From Squalus acanthias (taxonomy: Eukaryota): a stretch of DNA of 64,000 nucleotides. Positions 38,309 through 51,008 of this stretch are shown here, piece by piece. Location: contig CM059427.1 of NCBI GenBank assembly GCA_030390025.1, positions 8,184,001-8,248,000 of the forward strand, read 5' to 3'. Under the pieces are notes generated by a model, which did no database searches, was not told the DNA's origin, and saw nothing but the letters and a program-made list of their open reading frames with translations. Each line of letters opens with the position of its first letter. The first letter of the stretch is position 1. A program made the translations under genes and the position numbers.

Positions 38309-39120
38309 GGGCTGGATTTTGTCAATGGGGACGCGTTGGGGGTGGGACTGCTGGTTGTCGGGTTTCAGTCCGGCCAACCCATGCTATTTTCCCTTGAATG
38401 ACCTTGTTAAGCCCGCCCTATGGGCTTAGCCGGCCAATTAAGGGAAAGCCGGTGACAGAGGACGTCAGCGTATGACGTTTCATCTGTCGAAAATTTTTGA
38501 CAGATCAATTGTCAGCGTTTGACAGCTTTGAGAAGCTGTCAAACACTGACAATCTCTGTTCTATGGTGACCCCTTGCACAAAGACTCACCAAAACCTCTT
38601 TCCTCAGCAGAAATCAGATGGCTGCTGCATCTGAGAATTCTGTCATCTCTGCCGTTGAGATGAAGCACCTCCGGATCCCCAAGGGTTGAAGCCTGCTGGA
38701 AGAAGCAAAGGTAAGTAAACTTTTTCTAACACTTTGCACTCACCTCTCATACTTACCTCTCCACACACCCACCACTCACCTCCACAGTGGACTTTTCGAT
38801 CCCTCTCACCCCCACAGACCCACTGCTAGCCTCGCTGACCCTGGCGAGGTTCGCAGCCATCGGGAAGCCAGCACTTGCAGGGGTAAAATGGGGATAAGCC
38901 TCAAAACTGCCTGTTAACTACCTGTTAACAGGCAGTTAATTGGCTCTAATCCCCTTCCCACCTCGAGGAGACGGTTTCCTGCGCGAGTCGGGGACCCGCC
39001 TCCCGGGAAGATGGCATGGAGGCAGGTTGGGAGCGGGTTCGGAACACGCTCCCAGTTTCTGCCATGTTCCCGGCAGTCCCCTCTCCATACCCGCCTCCCC
39101 AGGGCTGGCAACATTCCCCC
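38309..39120. mobile_element. Harbinger-type non-autonomous element nested in CR1
   Basis: Interrupts CR1 at gacacaaa|gtatttg with TSD AAA; degenerate GGG-starting TIRs. Confidence 0.8.
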
Positions 39121-39539
39121 AAAGTATTTGTTTAATTTCTCTTCCATTTCCTTATTCCCATTATAATTTCTCCTGTCTCAGCCTGTAAGGGACCCACATT
39201 TACTTTCACTAATCTTTTCCTTTTTCCATACCTATAGAAGCTTTTACAGTCTGTTTTTATGTCTCTCACTAGTTTACTCTCATATTCTATTTTCCCTTTC
39301 TTCATCAATTTCTTGGTCCTCCTTTGCTGAATTCTAAAATCCTCCTAATCCTCAGGCTTACTACTCTTTTTGGCAGCATTATCAGCCTCTTCCTTTGATG
39401 TAATATGATCTTTAACTTCTCTTGTTAGCCACGGTTGGACCACTTTTCCTGTGGGGTTTTTGTGCCTTAAAGGAATGTATATTTGTTGTAAATTATGTAT
39501 TAATTCTTTAAATGCTAGCCATTGCTCATCTACTATATT

Positions 39540-40284
39540 GGGCTGAAACTTGATCCCGGGACGCGAGAGTACGCACTGCATACTCTCGCGTATTCCCACT
39601 CCAATTGCCGGTTTTCTGCATGCCCTGCGCATGCGCTGAAAACCGGCAATTGCTCTTCCGAAAAGGGGGCGGGGCCGGAGTGCATCGCGTGCGCGCTACA
39701 GGCTGCGCGCACGCTGTGCACTTCATGCTTTGGACGCGCAGGTAAGTACTGAAGATTTTGGAAATGTAAAAAGGAGGAGTAAGACCCGCTTTTAAGAAGG
39801 TAAGTAGTGAATTAAGTATTTTTTTGAATTTTTTTTTACAGGTATATCTTTTTTATAGACTTTAAAGACAGGTAAGTTTATTTTTATAACTTTTTAAAAG
39901 ATTTTAAATTTTTTCAAAAATTTAATTTTTTATTTAAAATGGTTAATTTAATTAACTATACTTATTTTATTAATGTGATGGTTTTTTTTAAAAATTTAAT
40001 TGAGGTTTAGCTGTTATTTTGGGGGGGTGTAAGATTCATAAGTCTCTCAGCCATGCTGTGAGACTTATGAATGGAAGATGGTGTGCTGCCATTGGCTCTA
40101 ACTGAGTCACGTGATCCCACAGCTCGCACGAATTAACTACGCCGCTGGGATACGCAAGCCCAGCACAGCTGATGTCTGGAACATCAATTTCGTGCGAGCT
40201 GGATCAGAAAAAGCATAAGCGAGGTGAGACATCGCGGGAAAGGCTTACCCCCGCGGGAACAGAGCGAGATCAATTTCTGGGCCC
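39540..40284. mobile_element. Harbinger-type MITE, family C, nested in CR1 (inverted relative to 23522)
   Basis: TIR-like gggctgaaacttgatc / gatcaatttctgggccc; CR1 continues on both sides. Confidence 0.8.
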
Positions 40285-43200
40285 ATATCTTTTAATGTAA
40301 TTTCCCAATCTACATTAGCCAACTCACCCCTCATACCTACATAGTTTGCTTTGTTTAGATTTAAGACCCTAGTTTCGGCTTGCACTAAGTCACTTTCAAA
40401 CTCAATATAAAATTCTATCATATTATGGTCACTCTTCCCTAAAGGCCCCTTTACTACAAGGTTATTAATTAACCCTTTCTCATTGCACAATACTAGATCT
40501 AAAATAGCCTGTTCCCTAGTTGGTTCCTCAACATACTGATCTAGAAATCTATCTTGCATACATTCCATGAATTCGTCCTCCACACTATTACTGCAAATTT
40601 GGTTTGCCCGGTCTTTATGTAGATTAAAATCCCCCATGATTTCTGTGTTACCCTTGTTACATGCACCTCTAATTTCCTGATTTATATTCTGCCCTACATT
40701 ACAACTATTGTTTGGGGGCCTATAAACAACTCCCACCAATGTTTTCTGCCCCTTGCTGTTTCTTAGCTCCACCCAAACTGATTCTACTTCTTGATTTTCT
40801 GAGCTAAGATCCTTTCTCTCTACTGTTTTTATCCCATCCTTTATTATCAGGGCTACCCCTCCTCCTTTTCCATTTTGCCTATCCCTTCTAAAAGTCATGT
40901 ATCCTGGAATATTTATTTCCCAACCTTGGCCACTTTGCAACCACGTCTCCGTAATGGCTATTAGATCAAACCTATTAATTTCTATCTGCGCTATTAATTC
41001 ATCTATTTTGTTGCGAATGCTTCGTACATTCAGATATAGTGCCTTTCGCTTTGACCTATTTCTCTTTTTCCCTGATGTCACTTTAGTCACTGATGCCTTA
41101 TTACCTTTGTTGCTCTCTCTGTCCCTTCCTGACCCACTCTGCTTATTTTTACCCAAAATTCTACTCTGCTCTAGAGCCTCAACTTTTGTTTCGCTTCATT
41201 TAAATTTACTCTTTCCTGAATCCTCCCCCCTCCCCACCCCATTATTTTAAAGCCCTGTCTACTGCCCTAATTATTCGGTTCGCCAGGTCACTGGTCCCAA
41301 CCCAGTTTAAGTGGAGCCCGTCCCAATGGAACAGCTCCCTCTTTCCCCAGTGCTGGTGCCAGTGCTCCATAAACTGAAACCCCTTCCTCCCACACCACTC
41401 TTTGAGCCACACATTTAAACCTCTAATCTGTTTGTCCCTATGCCAATTTGCACGTGGCTCAGGTAACAATCCAGAGATTATTACCTTTGAGGTTCTGCTT
41501 TTTAATTTGGATCCTAGCTCCTCAAACTCCCTCAGCAGATCCTCATTCCTAGTTCTACCTATGTTGTTGGTTCCTATATGGACCACGACAACGGGATCCT
41601 CCCCCTCCCACTCCAAGTTCTTCTCCAGTCATGAGGAGATGTCTTTAACCCTGGCAGCACCACCTTTGGAACTCTCGGTTGCGGCTGCAGAGAACAGTAT
41701 CTATCCCACTGACTATACTGTCCCCTACCACAACTACATTCCCTTTCACTCCCCCCACTTGAATGGCCTCCAGCACCATGGTGCCATGGTCAGCCTGCTC
41801 ATCCATCCTATAGGCTTTTCCCTCATCCACACAGGCAGCAAGAACCTCATACCTGTTGGACAAGGGCAAAGGCTGAGGCTCTCCCACACTGCACCTGGGG
41901 TCCCCTTACCTGCCTGAGTTGCAGTCACACCCTCTTGTCCCTGACCACTAACCAGACCTGTACCACTACCTAACCTAAGGGGTGTGACTGCCTCCTGGAT
42001 CAAATGTCCAGGTAACTCTCCCCATCCCTGATGCCCCCCAATGTCTGCACCTCAGACTCCAGCTCAAAAACTCTGAGCTGAAGTTCCTCAAGATGCAGGC
42101 ACTTACTGCAAACGTGGTTGTCCGGGATCACAATGCTCTCCACAAACTCCCACATGCTGCTGTTGTGGCAAACCACCTGCACTGCCATCCCTATATGACC
42201 TTGATTTATTTAATTAAATTTGTAATTAGGTAACTTAGTTTACAGTGTAGTTTCCTGACTACTTACTTGATCGAGATTAAGTTAAGGGTACTGAAATTAA
42301 ATATCTACCTGTAACACAAAGCACTACAAGTAGTGTCGGCAAAAAGCAACAACTCCTTCCCCCTCTTCTCCAAAGTCCCACTCTTTCCAAATTCCCAACC
42401 AAAGCACTCCGTTCAAGCCTACTCCGTTTAATCCCGCTCTGTGCAGACCTTACACAAGTAATCAATACTTATATTGATTACTTGTGGGATAGAATAGGCT
42501 GAGAGACAACTGCGATGGGGAGATAGGATATTAAAAAGTGAATTCACGTTCATCTGCTGCAATACATCACCTCAATAAGAACATTAAGAAAACTTGGAAT
42601 AAGAACAGGTCAGTTGACCCATCAAGTCTGCTCCCGTAAGGGATGTGTAGTTTGGAGTGCCAAGAAGCCTCCAAACCTAGGGAGGCAAATTATCAGATAA
42701 AACTGTCAAGAACATTGTGAAATTTCTCCCAGATTCCCCAAAGCAAAAGCTTCAGTATTTCAATTTGACATTTGTTTTATTAAAGCCTTAACCAATGTTC
42801 CCACATGCTCCCACATGCCTGCAGTCATAACGTTCCTTGTAGTATTTGATCATCTATAATGTTCATTCATCTACTTATCCTTATGGCTTGCAATCCCGTA
42901 CTTGACTAGGTGTTCATCCTGTTATTTCTAAAAGAAATAATTGGCTTAGCCTTGAATGCGTTTGATGGGAATTAATTTCACATATATAAAACTTTTATAA
43001 TCCACAGCTTATTTTATGTTTCCAAAATTCTATTCCTGCATCCTCTAGAACTGCAATCATAGTTAAGGTAAATAAATTGCTTAAGTGTACATTATTCTAC
43101 CTTTCAGTTGGAGCTTTCCCGCTTAATTTTTTTCTTAGATGAGAACAAGTTCAATTCTGTTCTTTTGAATGTAAAGTGATCAAAATTGTGTACAATATTC

Positions 43201-43897
43201 CAGGTATGACCTTACGAAAGAGTTGTCATTGCGGTTTATAATCAAATGCCCTAGAGAAGCATCCCAGAAATTGGTTAGTCTCTTGACAACAGCCTCTTAT
43301 TGATTAGATACTTTCAATATATGTTCATGTGTGCATATTTCATGTTTCATATCACTATCCCGCATTAGTTTACAATTATCCACATCAAATCGCAGCTGCT
43401 ATTTTTAGCTCATTTATCTAATTTGGGGGAGAACTTGGGCACCTTAACGCCTGCAGTTAGCGCCTCCTGGGGGCACTACCGGCTTTGCGACCGGGCGCTG
43501 CGATACTACCGACGCCCGCGAAAAAGGCGGAGGTTTGCGGTGGCGGTAACCACTAGCGCCACAATCTCCTGCGGCCGGAGATCGTGACGTCATCAGGGTG
43601 CGCAGCGCCCCGGTAGCGCCCCGTTCTGAAATTCACTCTCGCCGCCTGCTTGAGCGCCTGCCGTTAGCAACGACAGGTAGAGGAGGCGGTATGCAGTTGG
43701 ATGAGCGCTGGAGGAAGTGCTATATAAAGGCGTCAACTTCCGGTTATTTTTGTCAGCACAGAATGCTGCCTTGCCAGTTTGGCACAAGCAGACAGGCATT
43801 TTGAGCGATTTCAGCGTTTTCAATTTGAAAGAATATTCTGCCTCAGAAAAATTTATCACTTTCATTTCGGTGAGATTTTAAACATTTCCATAATTTA

Positions 43898-45051
43898 ATG
43901 GGGGCTGTACTGGCACTGGACCTCGCCCTCCAGCGTCAACGTCGGAGGCAGCGGAGCCAGAGACAAACATTGGAAAACATGGCCAGAGAGAGGAGGGCCA
44001 ACAGGGCTCTCAACAGGAGGCCTTACCCTCCCAGGGTATTCCGGCAGCATTTCTCCTACATCAATCTCACTGAGGAGCAGTGTCTTAGAAGGCTCCGTTT
44101 CACCAAGGACGCGGTCGCAGAGCTCTGCCACCTCCTGCAGCCAGACCTCAAGCCTGACATCAGGAGCACCACGTCTCTCTCCGTGGCAGTCAAGGTCACC
44201 GTCGCCCTCAATTTCTACGCAAGTGGATCCTTCCAGTGTGAAACAGGAGACATATTTAACATATCGCAGTTCGCCGTCCATTGCTGCATCCGTGAGGTCA
44301 CAGGTGCTCTCTACAGAAGGAGAAGGGACTACATTTCCTTCCCTATCACCAGAGAGAAGCAGCGCGAGCATGCATGTGGTTTTGCCAGGATAGCGGGCTT
44401 CCCCATGGTGCAGGGTGCCATTGACAGCACCCACATCGCTTTGCGGGCACCTCATATCAATCCTGAGGTATTCTGTAACCGCAAAGGCTACCGCTCACTT
44501 AATGTGCAGTTGGTGTGCGACCACACACAGCGCATCTTCACCGTCAATGCCCGCTATCCTGGCAGCAGCCATTAGCCTCCATCCGGCACCAGACTCTGCC
44601 ACCTCTGTTCCAGCCATCACATCAAGCTAACGGATGGCTGCTGGGATACAAGGGCTGTCCGCTCTCCACCTGGCTCATGACTCTCCTCCGCAACACCAGC
44701 ACTCGTGCCCAGCACTCATACAATGAGAGCCAAACTGCCACCAGGAACATCATCGAGCAGACCATCGGGGTGCTCAAGCAACGGTTCCGCTGTCTTGACC
44801 ATTCAGGAGGAGCCCTCCAGTACTCGGCTGCGTGGGTGTACATTTTTGTCGTCATCTGCTGCATGCTGCACAACTTGGCCATATTGAGGGCACAGCCATT
44901 ACCACCAGGCATAGCCGCACCACCTCAGGAGGACGAGGACAAGGACAAGGAGGAACAGGAGCACGAACAACAGCAACGGAGGAGGCAGCCACTCCATTGG
45001 CCTTGTGGAAGGGCGGCCCGTGACCGCCTGATCAGACTGCGGTTCCAATGA
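43898..45051 (+). pseudogene. Harbinger DDE transposase, frameshift near 44575, second catalytic Asp lost (GYKGC)
   Basis: ORFs 43898..44575 (GAIDSTHI) and 44515..45051 (RNIIEQTIGVLKQRFRCL). Confidence 0.92.
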
Positions 45052-45216
45052 ATTCGAGGCCACTTCCCGATTGCTCATCCAGTCCCCATCAGTCCATCAA
45101 TTTCTCATTCAATACCACACCCCAAAGCTGAAATGAAACACAGCACCATTTCTGCAACATTCCAATAATAGATTTATCCACAAGCAATAACCACATATAT
45201 ACAACAACAATATTAA

Positions 45217-47100
45217 CTAATGACCCTTGTGCAAACCCTTAATTGCCCTCTTTACAGTGCCTTTTCCTAATCTAGTGCTCCTACGTAGTGTCTCTCCAGT
45301 GGCTGCAGCAGGGCTGGTGGAAGGCTGCTGAGTGTTGGTGCCAGAAACTACAGATGGCCTTGCAGGATGCCCTCGAGCAGCTCTGGGCCTGGAAGGCCCG
45401 GCTGTACACTGCGCCACCTCAGGATGGGCGGCGGCAGTCTGGGCTGGCTGGATGTCAGGCAGCGGCAAAGACAATGGTGGAGTGGCAGTGATGGGAGCAG
45501 AAATGCTGTCATCCTGAGAGAGGACAGCAGGTTCCTGCTCCATTGGCACACTGCCACTCCCCCGGGGCAGCACCTCAGCATCCCTAGCAATTTGCTGCAG
45601 CACAGATTGCTGGCCTGCTGCGACACTGTGAGATCCCCGGTGGACTGTGGTGGACCCAGCAACGATGGCAGCAGTCAGAGCTTTCGTGGCATCAATCTGA
45701 GACTGCATGAGAGCAGTCTGAGACTGGATAGCATCAACCATTGACTGCATTACAGCACTACAACGTTGCGTGGCTTCCGCCTGTGCTGCAATGGATGCTG
45801 CCATAACACGCAGCATGAGGTCTGGGTCCCCACGGTCGCTCAGGGAGTCCACCATCCTTTGCAGACTGCCAAGAATGGGCTCCATGGTATGCGCCGAGTT
45901 CTGTGCACTGTTTGAAGGCGGACTCCTCCACGCTCCTTACCATTGCCGACAGGCTCTCGGGCACCTTTGTCATTGCACCCATCATCTCGGTGTGCATGCC
46001 CATCACCCTTCTTGTGAATGCCTCCCCATCGAGTTCCTCATCTGAGTCCTGCACAGCAGAACTCGCGCGCGAACTCACCCTCCGGGGAGCTGGCTCCCGA
46101 GCTACCCTTTCCCCCTGGCCTTGCTGCTGCCCGCTCATGCCTGGTGCCTCACCCTGTACAGACCCCTCTACTAAACTTGCCTCTAAAGATCGCGTAGTGC
46201 CAGTATCTGAAGTCGTGCCTGCGGGTGAGAGATGCAGTGATGTGGTGCTTTGCTCCTCCTCATCTCCCGCCTCACTCTCACTGGGAGGCTCAGGGACAGG
46301 CTGGTCATCAGGTTGCTGATTCTCTGAAAGCATAAAGGCACAATACTCGCTTTAAGGTGAGGGCAGGGGGGCAGGAAGGGAGCAGGGAATGCAGACAGTA
46401 TAATGAGCTGGAAAGTGGGAAAGGCTTGTGGTGTGAGGGGGAAGTGGGATGAGAGAAGGAGAGGTGCTGAAGATACCGTTGTTACCCCCAAGGGGGTCGA
46501 CGTTGCCGAGGGCCTCGGTGCCCACCACCTGCTGCCCAATGAGGCGCAGCACTTGCTCCAGCAGGTTTGAAAGCTGCTAGAGCTGCGCATCACCCCCGCC
46601 TGTTCTCTGGTGCTCCCTCCTATTGTGGGCCATCTTGGCCTGCAAGAGAAATGAATGTGTATGAGTCAGAGTCCAGCTATGTGTTTGGTAGATATGCCTG
46701 TCGTAGTTGAATAGCTGAGATTGTAGGCAAGGCGTGAGATGTGGCTGTGAGTTTGAGTAGGTGCAGATGCTTGGCGGGTGAGTGGTGGGGGTGTGGTGGT
46801 TTGTGCAGTGTGTACAGACTGAGGTTCAGATGCTGGTATGTAGGACCTGTTGAAGCATGTACTCACCTTGACCACCCGAGTGAGGTCATTGAAATTCCTC
46901 CGGCACTGTGTCAGGCTGCGTTCCACCACACTACTGGCCGAGACCTCCTGGGCCACTTGCCTCCACATTGCCCTGAAGGCCTGGGGCAATGGCCTCTTTC
47001 CAGTGTCCGGGAACAGCACTGCTCTCCTTTGCTCTGCTCCCGCGACCAACGCCTCGTCCATGAAATGGCGAGCTCTCTCCCTGGGAGTGGGATCAGCCAT
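45217..47100 (-). pseudogene. Harbinger Myb/SANT-like DNA-binding protein; predicted exons 47100-46867, 46639-46477, 46323-45217
   Basis: RERARHF...W..VA..V...RS..QCRRNFNDL trihelix-like motif; GT/AG sites at the predicted boundaries; frameshifts in exons 2-3. Confidence 0.8.
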
Positions 47101-47799
47101 CACGATCAAGGGATTGAGTTGCTTGCAGGTCGCCCTCACAGCAAGCACGGCTGATAATGAGGATCTGCACAATGATGCAACCTCCCCTTTAAGAGCTGCA
47201 AGGAGCCAGTGTGAACTATCATCCCCGATTGCATTGCACCTAAAATTCATTATCGATCTGCTGGTAGCGCCCCTGTAGCACCCTAATGCGGTCATTAGCG
47301 CTTGATTTAGCGCTCCAGCTCTCTCCTGGAGCGCTAACAGCCAATTTAGGGGAACCTCAGATTCATTTGCATCTGGCGCTAATTTTTCATAAATTCAAAA
47401 TTTAGCGCCCCAAACAGGGCGATAATGAATTTCTCCCCCTTTATCTTTTGAATGTTATCAATCTCCCTTACATTGGTCACCTGACCATATAGCTTGGGGT
47501 CATTAGCAAATTTTATAATATTACCAGTTTACCCTTCACACTAATTAAAAACAGTGTAAACGTCAAAAGACCCACAATAAACCCCGGCAGGCTTCCCCTC
47601 ACGAACCCTCAGTCAGAGCCCTGTTCATCGATCGTCACCTTTTACTTTCCACTGCCAAGGTCATTTTCAACCCATTTAGCTAATTTGCCATTCATTCTAT
47701 GCATTTTTTTTCTTTCAAAGCCTCAGATGTGGAGCTTTGCGAAGCTCTTGCTGAAAATTCAATGATATCTATTGGATAGCCATCCTCTTAATAATCTTA

Positions 47800-48229
47800 T
47801 GAGATACGATAGCAAAATACTGCGGATGCTGGAAATCCGAAATAACAACAGAAAACGCTGGAAAAACTCAGCAGGCCAGGCAGCATCCTTGGAGAGAGAA
47901 AGAGAGTTAACGTTTCAGGTCGATGACCTTTCATCAGAACTGGGAAGAGCCGGAAATCAAATAGATTTAAGGCCAGGGTAAAGCTGGGAAAAGGGGGAGG
48001 GGATAAAGGAACAAAGGGGGAGATGAAGAGACATTAAGAGACATTAAGAGATATGCAAGGCTAGAGGTGGTGTTAATGTGACAGATTAAGGCTGAATGAA
48101 GTGTGAAATCCATTGGCAGAATGAAGGACAGCTGCCAGCTTCTAGGAGGAAAAAAAAAGGTGGGGGGGATAAATAAAAGGGTGGAAAAAATAAAATATAA
48201 ATGTGATTGGAGCTGAGGTTATGATCTAA
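47800..48229 (-). mobile_element. Penelope-like 3' fragment, second family
   Basis: Near-identical to 51009-51435; candidate TSD AATCTTA. Confidence 0.85.
47905..47941 (-). ncRNA. Minimal type I hammerhead ribozyme motif
   Basis: AGUU-CUGAUGA-A-AGGUC/GACCU-GAAA-CGUU-AACU. Confidence 0.75.
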
Positions 48230-51008
48230 AATCTTACTGCCTCATCTGAGAACTTCAGTAGGTTCTTGAGGTATTGGTCATTGTTTCTAAAATGATGCTG
48301 ACTCTCCTTTCTGACCCCCATGATTTTTAGATGAATATTGACAGCACCCTGTCTATGATTCTCTACTTCAAGCTTCGCTCCTTTTTTTTGAGTATTGCAA
48401 TTATTTGACTTATCTTTTAGCCCTATGTTACAGCAGTTTTATTTATGATGTACCTAAAAATATAAACCAAAGGACAAAACATTCAAATTGAACTTAAAGA
48501 GAAATTGGTGTGTTGGAGAAAAAAAATGCATTTGTTCTGCTTCAAACAAAAAGCCCTGGCCTGGAGTTGTCAGCTAAATGCCAGTTGGCCCTCTAATCAA
48601 GGAACCGGCTGAGAACACTGTCTAATTTATCACACCAATAGATTGAAACTCAGCTGCAAAATTGACTTGAAATTGGTTAATTCACAGAATTCTACAAAAT
48701 GGAAAAATGAGAGTTAAACAGACAGCAGCACACTGTAAGATGAATTTGATCCGGCTCGACAAATAATATCCAGGTTCTTAGCTGACTTCCTCAACTCTTT
48801 CTCTCCCAAGAGAGGTGTGGGAAAACTGGCACTAACACCTAGTAGTTACATTATAGGGTCTATCCAATGCTGTGATTGTATGGCATGGCTAAGGAAGTGC
48901 AAACGTTGTGAGAACGGTGATATGGTAGAATGCACTAAGTGGAGCTGTAGTTAGCTTTGTGAAGATCCTCTGTTATCTAGTGTTCTGTAATTGTAATTAT
49001 AGTTACCCTTGGCTGGTAATAGAAGACTTGATCCTAATTAGTGGGTTAGTTACTTCTTTGGAGTTTTATGCTTTATTTTCCTCCTGGATGTGATAAAAAA
49101 TTCTTTAATTGAGAATGAAGGGCCCAAGGTCAAGGCTACAACTTTAAGGCAGAAATGGTCATTAAAATAGGAAATGAAAAACAGGAAGTGCAAATACTCA
49201 ATGGTCTCTGGATCTCAGGTGCTACTATAGCAGGAAGCTCGTCAGGATTTGCCAGTCAATAAATCAATGAAGTTATTTTCTTAAAATCTCAATTGGTACT
49301 AACAGGTTTGTAAAAAGATGCATAAATGGGGTTGCCGTGGCACCTCAGGGCCTCGTTTCCATTCTGCTGATGAGCTGCACGTCCCGAACGGGCATCTTGC
49401 TGCAGCTTGCCGGCTCCAGGCGGTAACATCAGGCGGCATCTAACACCGGGCCTACTCACAGGGCAGGTCCGGGGGCTGGGGGAGGTGAATAAGGAGGGCG
49501 GAGCGGGCGGGTGGGGCGAGCCTGGGCCCAGAATGACCTGCAGTACTTGTGTCGAGTCTCCTGCTCCTCCTGGTTGCACAACAGCAGAAGACAACAACAT
49601 TTCTGGACTGTTTTTGGAGCAGCAGGAAGCAGTGCCTTTAAGGACCGCCGCTTGGGCCATTCACTGCCCAGTACGACTGGGCAGAGTGCACGCTCGTACC
49701 TTGAAATTGCATTGGGATCCTAGATACCTCATAGGACCCCGATTTGAATACTTTAATGAGGTTCTCGTCTGATTTAGCCGGGCGCCTGGGCCGTCCTTGT
49801 AAGGGTCCTGGGCAAAATGGTGGCAAGCGGGATCAGAGCTCGAATGGGGCGGTAAGTGCAGCAGTCCGCTGCTGCCCCATCCCCAACAAACCGAACTGAA
49901 GTAAAAATTGCTCCTCTTACATTGAAACCTGAATAAATCTGAATGTTCATCATAAGAGAATTTGCAATGGTGTACCCTATAAAAGAGGATTAATCTGAGG
50001 CACACGCCTGTTACTAGATACTGGGGAGATATGCTGGACTAACATGCCCTGGAAAAAACACGCTTCCTTATTCAAACTAAGGTACAGATTTTTAGAAAAT
50101 TATGAGCTGTGTCTGAGGAAAGAAATAATATTTGAGAGGAAACTAAACATTGCTGCAGCTAACAGATCCTTTTTTCCCAAACTACATTAAAACTGTAGTT
50201 TTTCAGACTGATTAATGTGTATCCTTTATCTCACTTAGGATGTGTATTATAACTATTAGCTATGTGCCATTTCTATGAAGATGATGATGTATGTAGTGTT
50301 CCAAGGATGTCAAAAAAATTATTCTTCTGATGTATAGGGATCTGCTAAAGAAGCCTACTTGTTAAATGTTCTTGTGAGCACCATCTGTTATGAAGACATT
50401 GGAATCTTGAGAGTCGATGATAGTTTCAGGGACAAAATAATCAGTTCTTTGCTGAGGGATATTTAAAGAATGGCCCTGAAATTCGCCTCTCCGGCTTACC
50501 ACGGGGGTAAGGATCGCGCGCGCACTTACCTACCGCGCCTGCCGTTGACCTCTGGGTCCACGGGAACTTCAGCTCCTGGGCCTGCTCCAAGTGCCGGCGT
50601 GTCCCAGGGGCGCAGTTAGTGCGATGCGTCCCCTGGGATCACGTGGGCCATGGAGAGCCAATGGCAGCAGACCATCTTTCATTCATAGATTTGACAGGAA
50701 GACCTGTCAAATCTGTGAATTGAAATCGGCCCCAAAAGAACAGCTAAACTTCAAAATAAATTTTAAAAAAATCACATTTATAAAATAACCGTAAGTTAAA
50801 TAAATTAACTACTTTAAACAAAAATTAAAATTTTTGAAAAAATTAAAATACTTTTTAACAGCGCTAAAAATAAACTTACCTTTCTTTAAAGTATCTAAAA
50901 AAGATAAACCTGTTGAAACATTTTTTAAATTATAATTAATTAACCACTTACCTTGTTGAAAACGGGTCCTGTGCCTCCTTTTTAAAAGCGCAGCCTCTTC
51001 AATACTTA

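Larger units (their letters stand above)
36641..42450 (-). mobile_element. Full-length decayed CR1 LINE with two nested MITEs (5' boundary approximate)
   Basis: 3' tail at 36641; broken RT ORFs 36730-38377, endonuclease 40245..41156, esterase 41242-41887, zinc finger 42000..42188. Confidence 0.92.
43425..47439 (+). mobile_element. Complete autonomous-type Harbinger transposon (decayed)
   Basis: TIRs GGGGGAGAACTT / GGGGGAGAAATT, TSD TTT, convergent transposase and Myb/SANT genes. Confidence 0.95.
42580..47790 (-). mobile_element. Very old CR1 RT fragment split by the Harbinger at 43425-47439
   Basis: Degenerate tail at ~42580 and RT-like remnants (acaatattccaggtatgacc; cattagcaaattt) on both sides of the insertion. 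Confidence 0.6.

Noticed and set aside
49289-49915. GC-rich stretch with an X-box-like gttgccgtggcacc and GC boxes as a host promoter or first exon
   Set aside because: No coherent ORF; composition resembles decayed Harbinger-type MITE interiors, and I could not define both TIRs, so it is left uncalled
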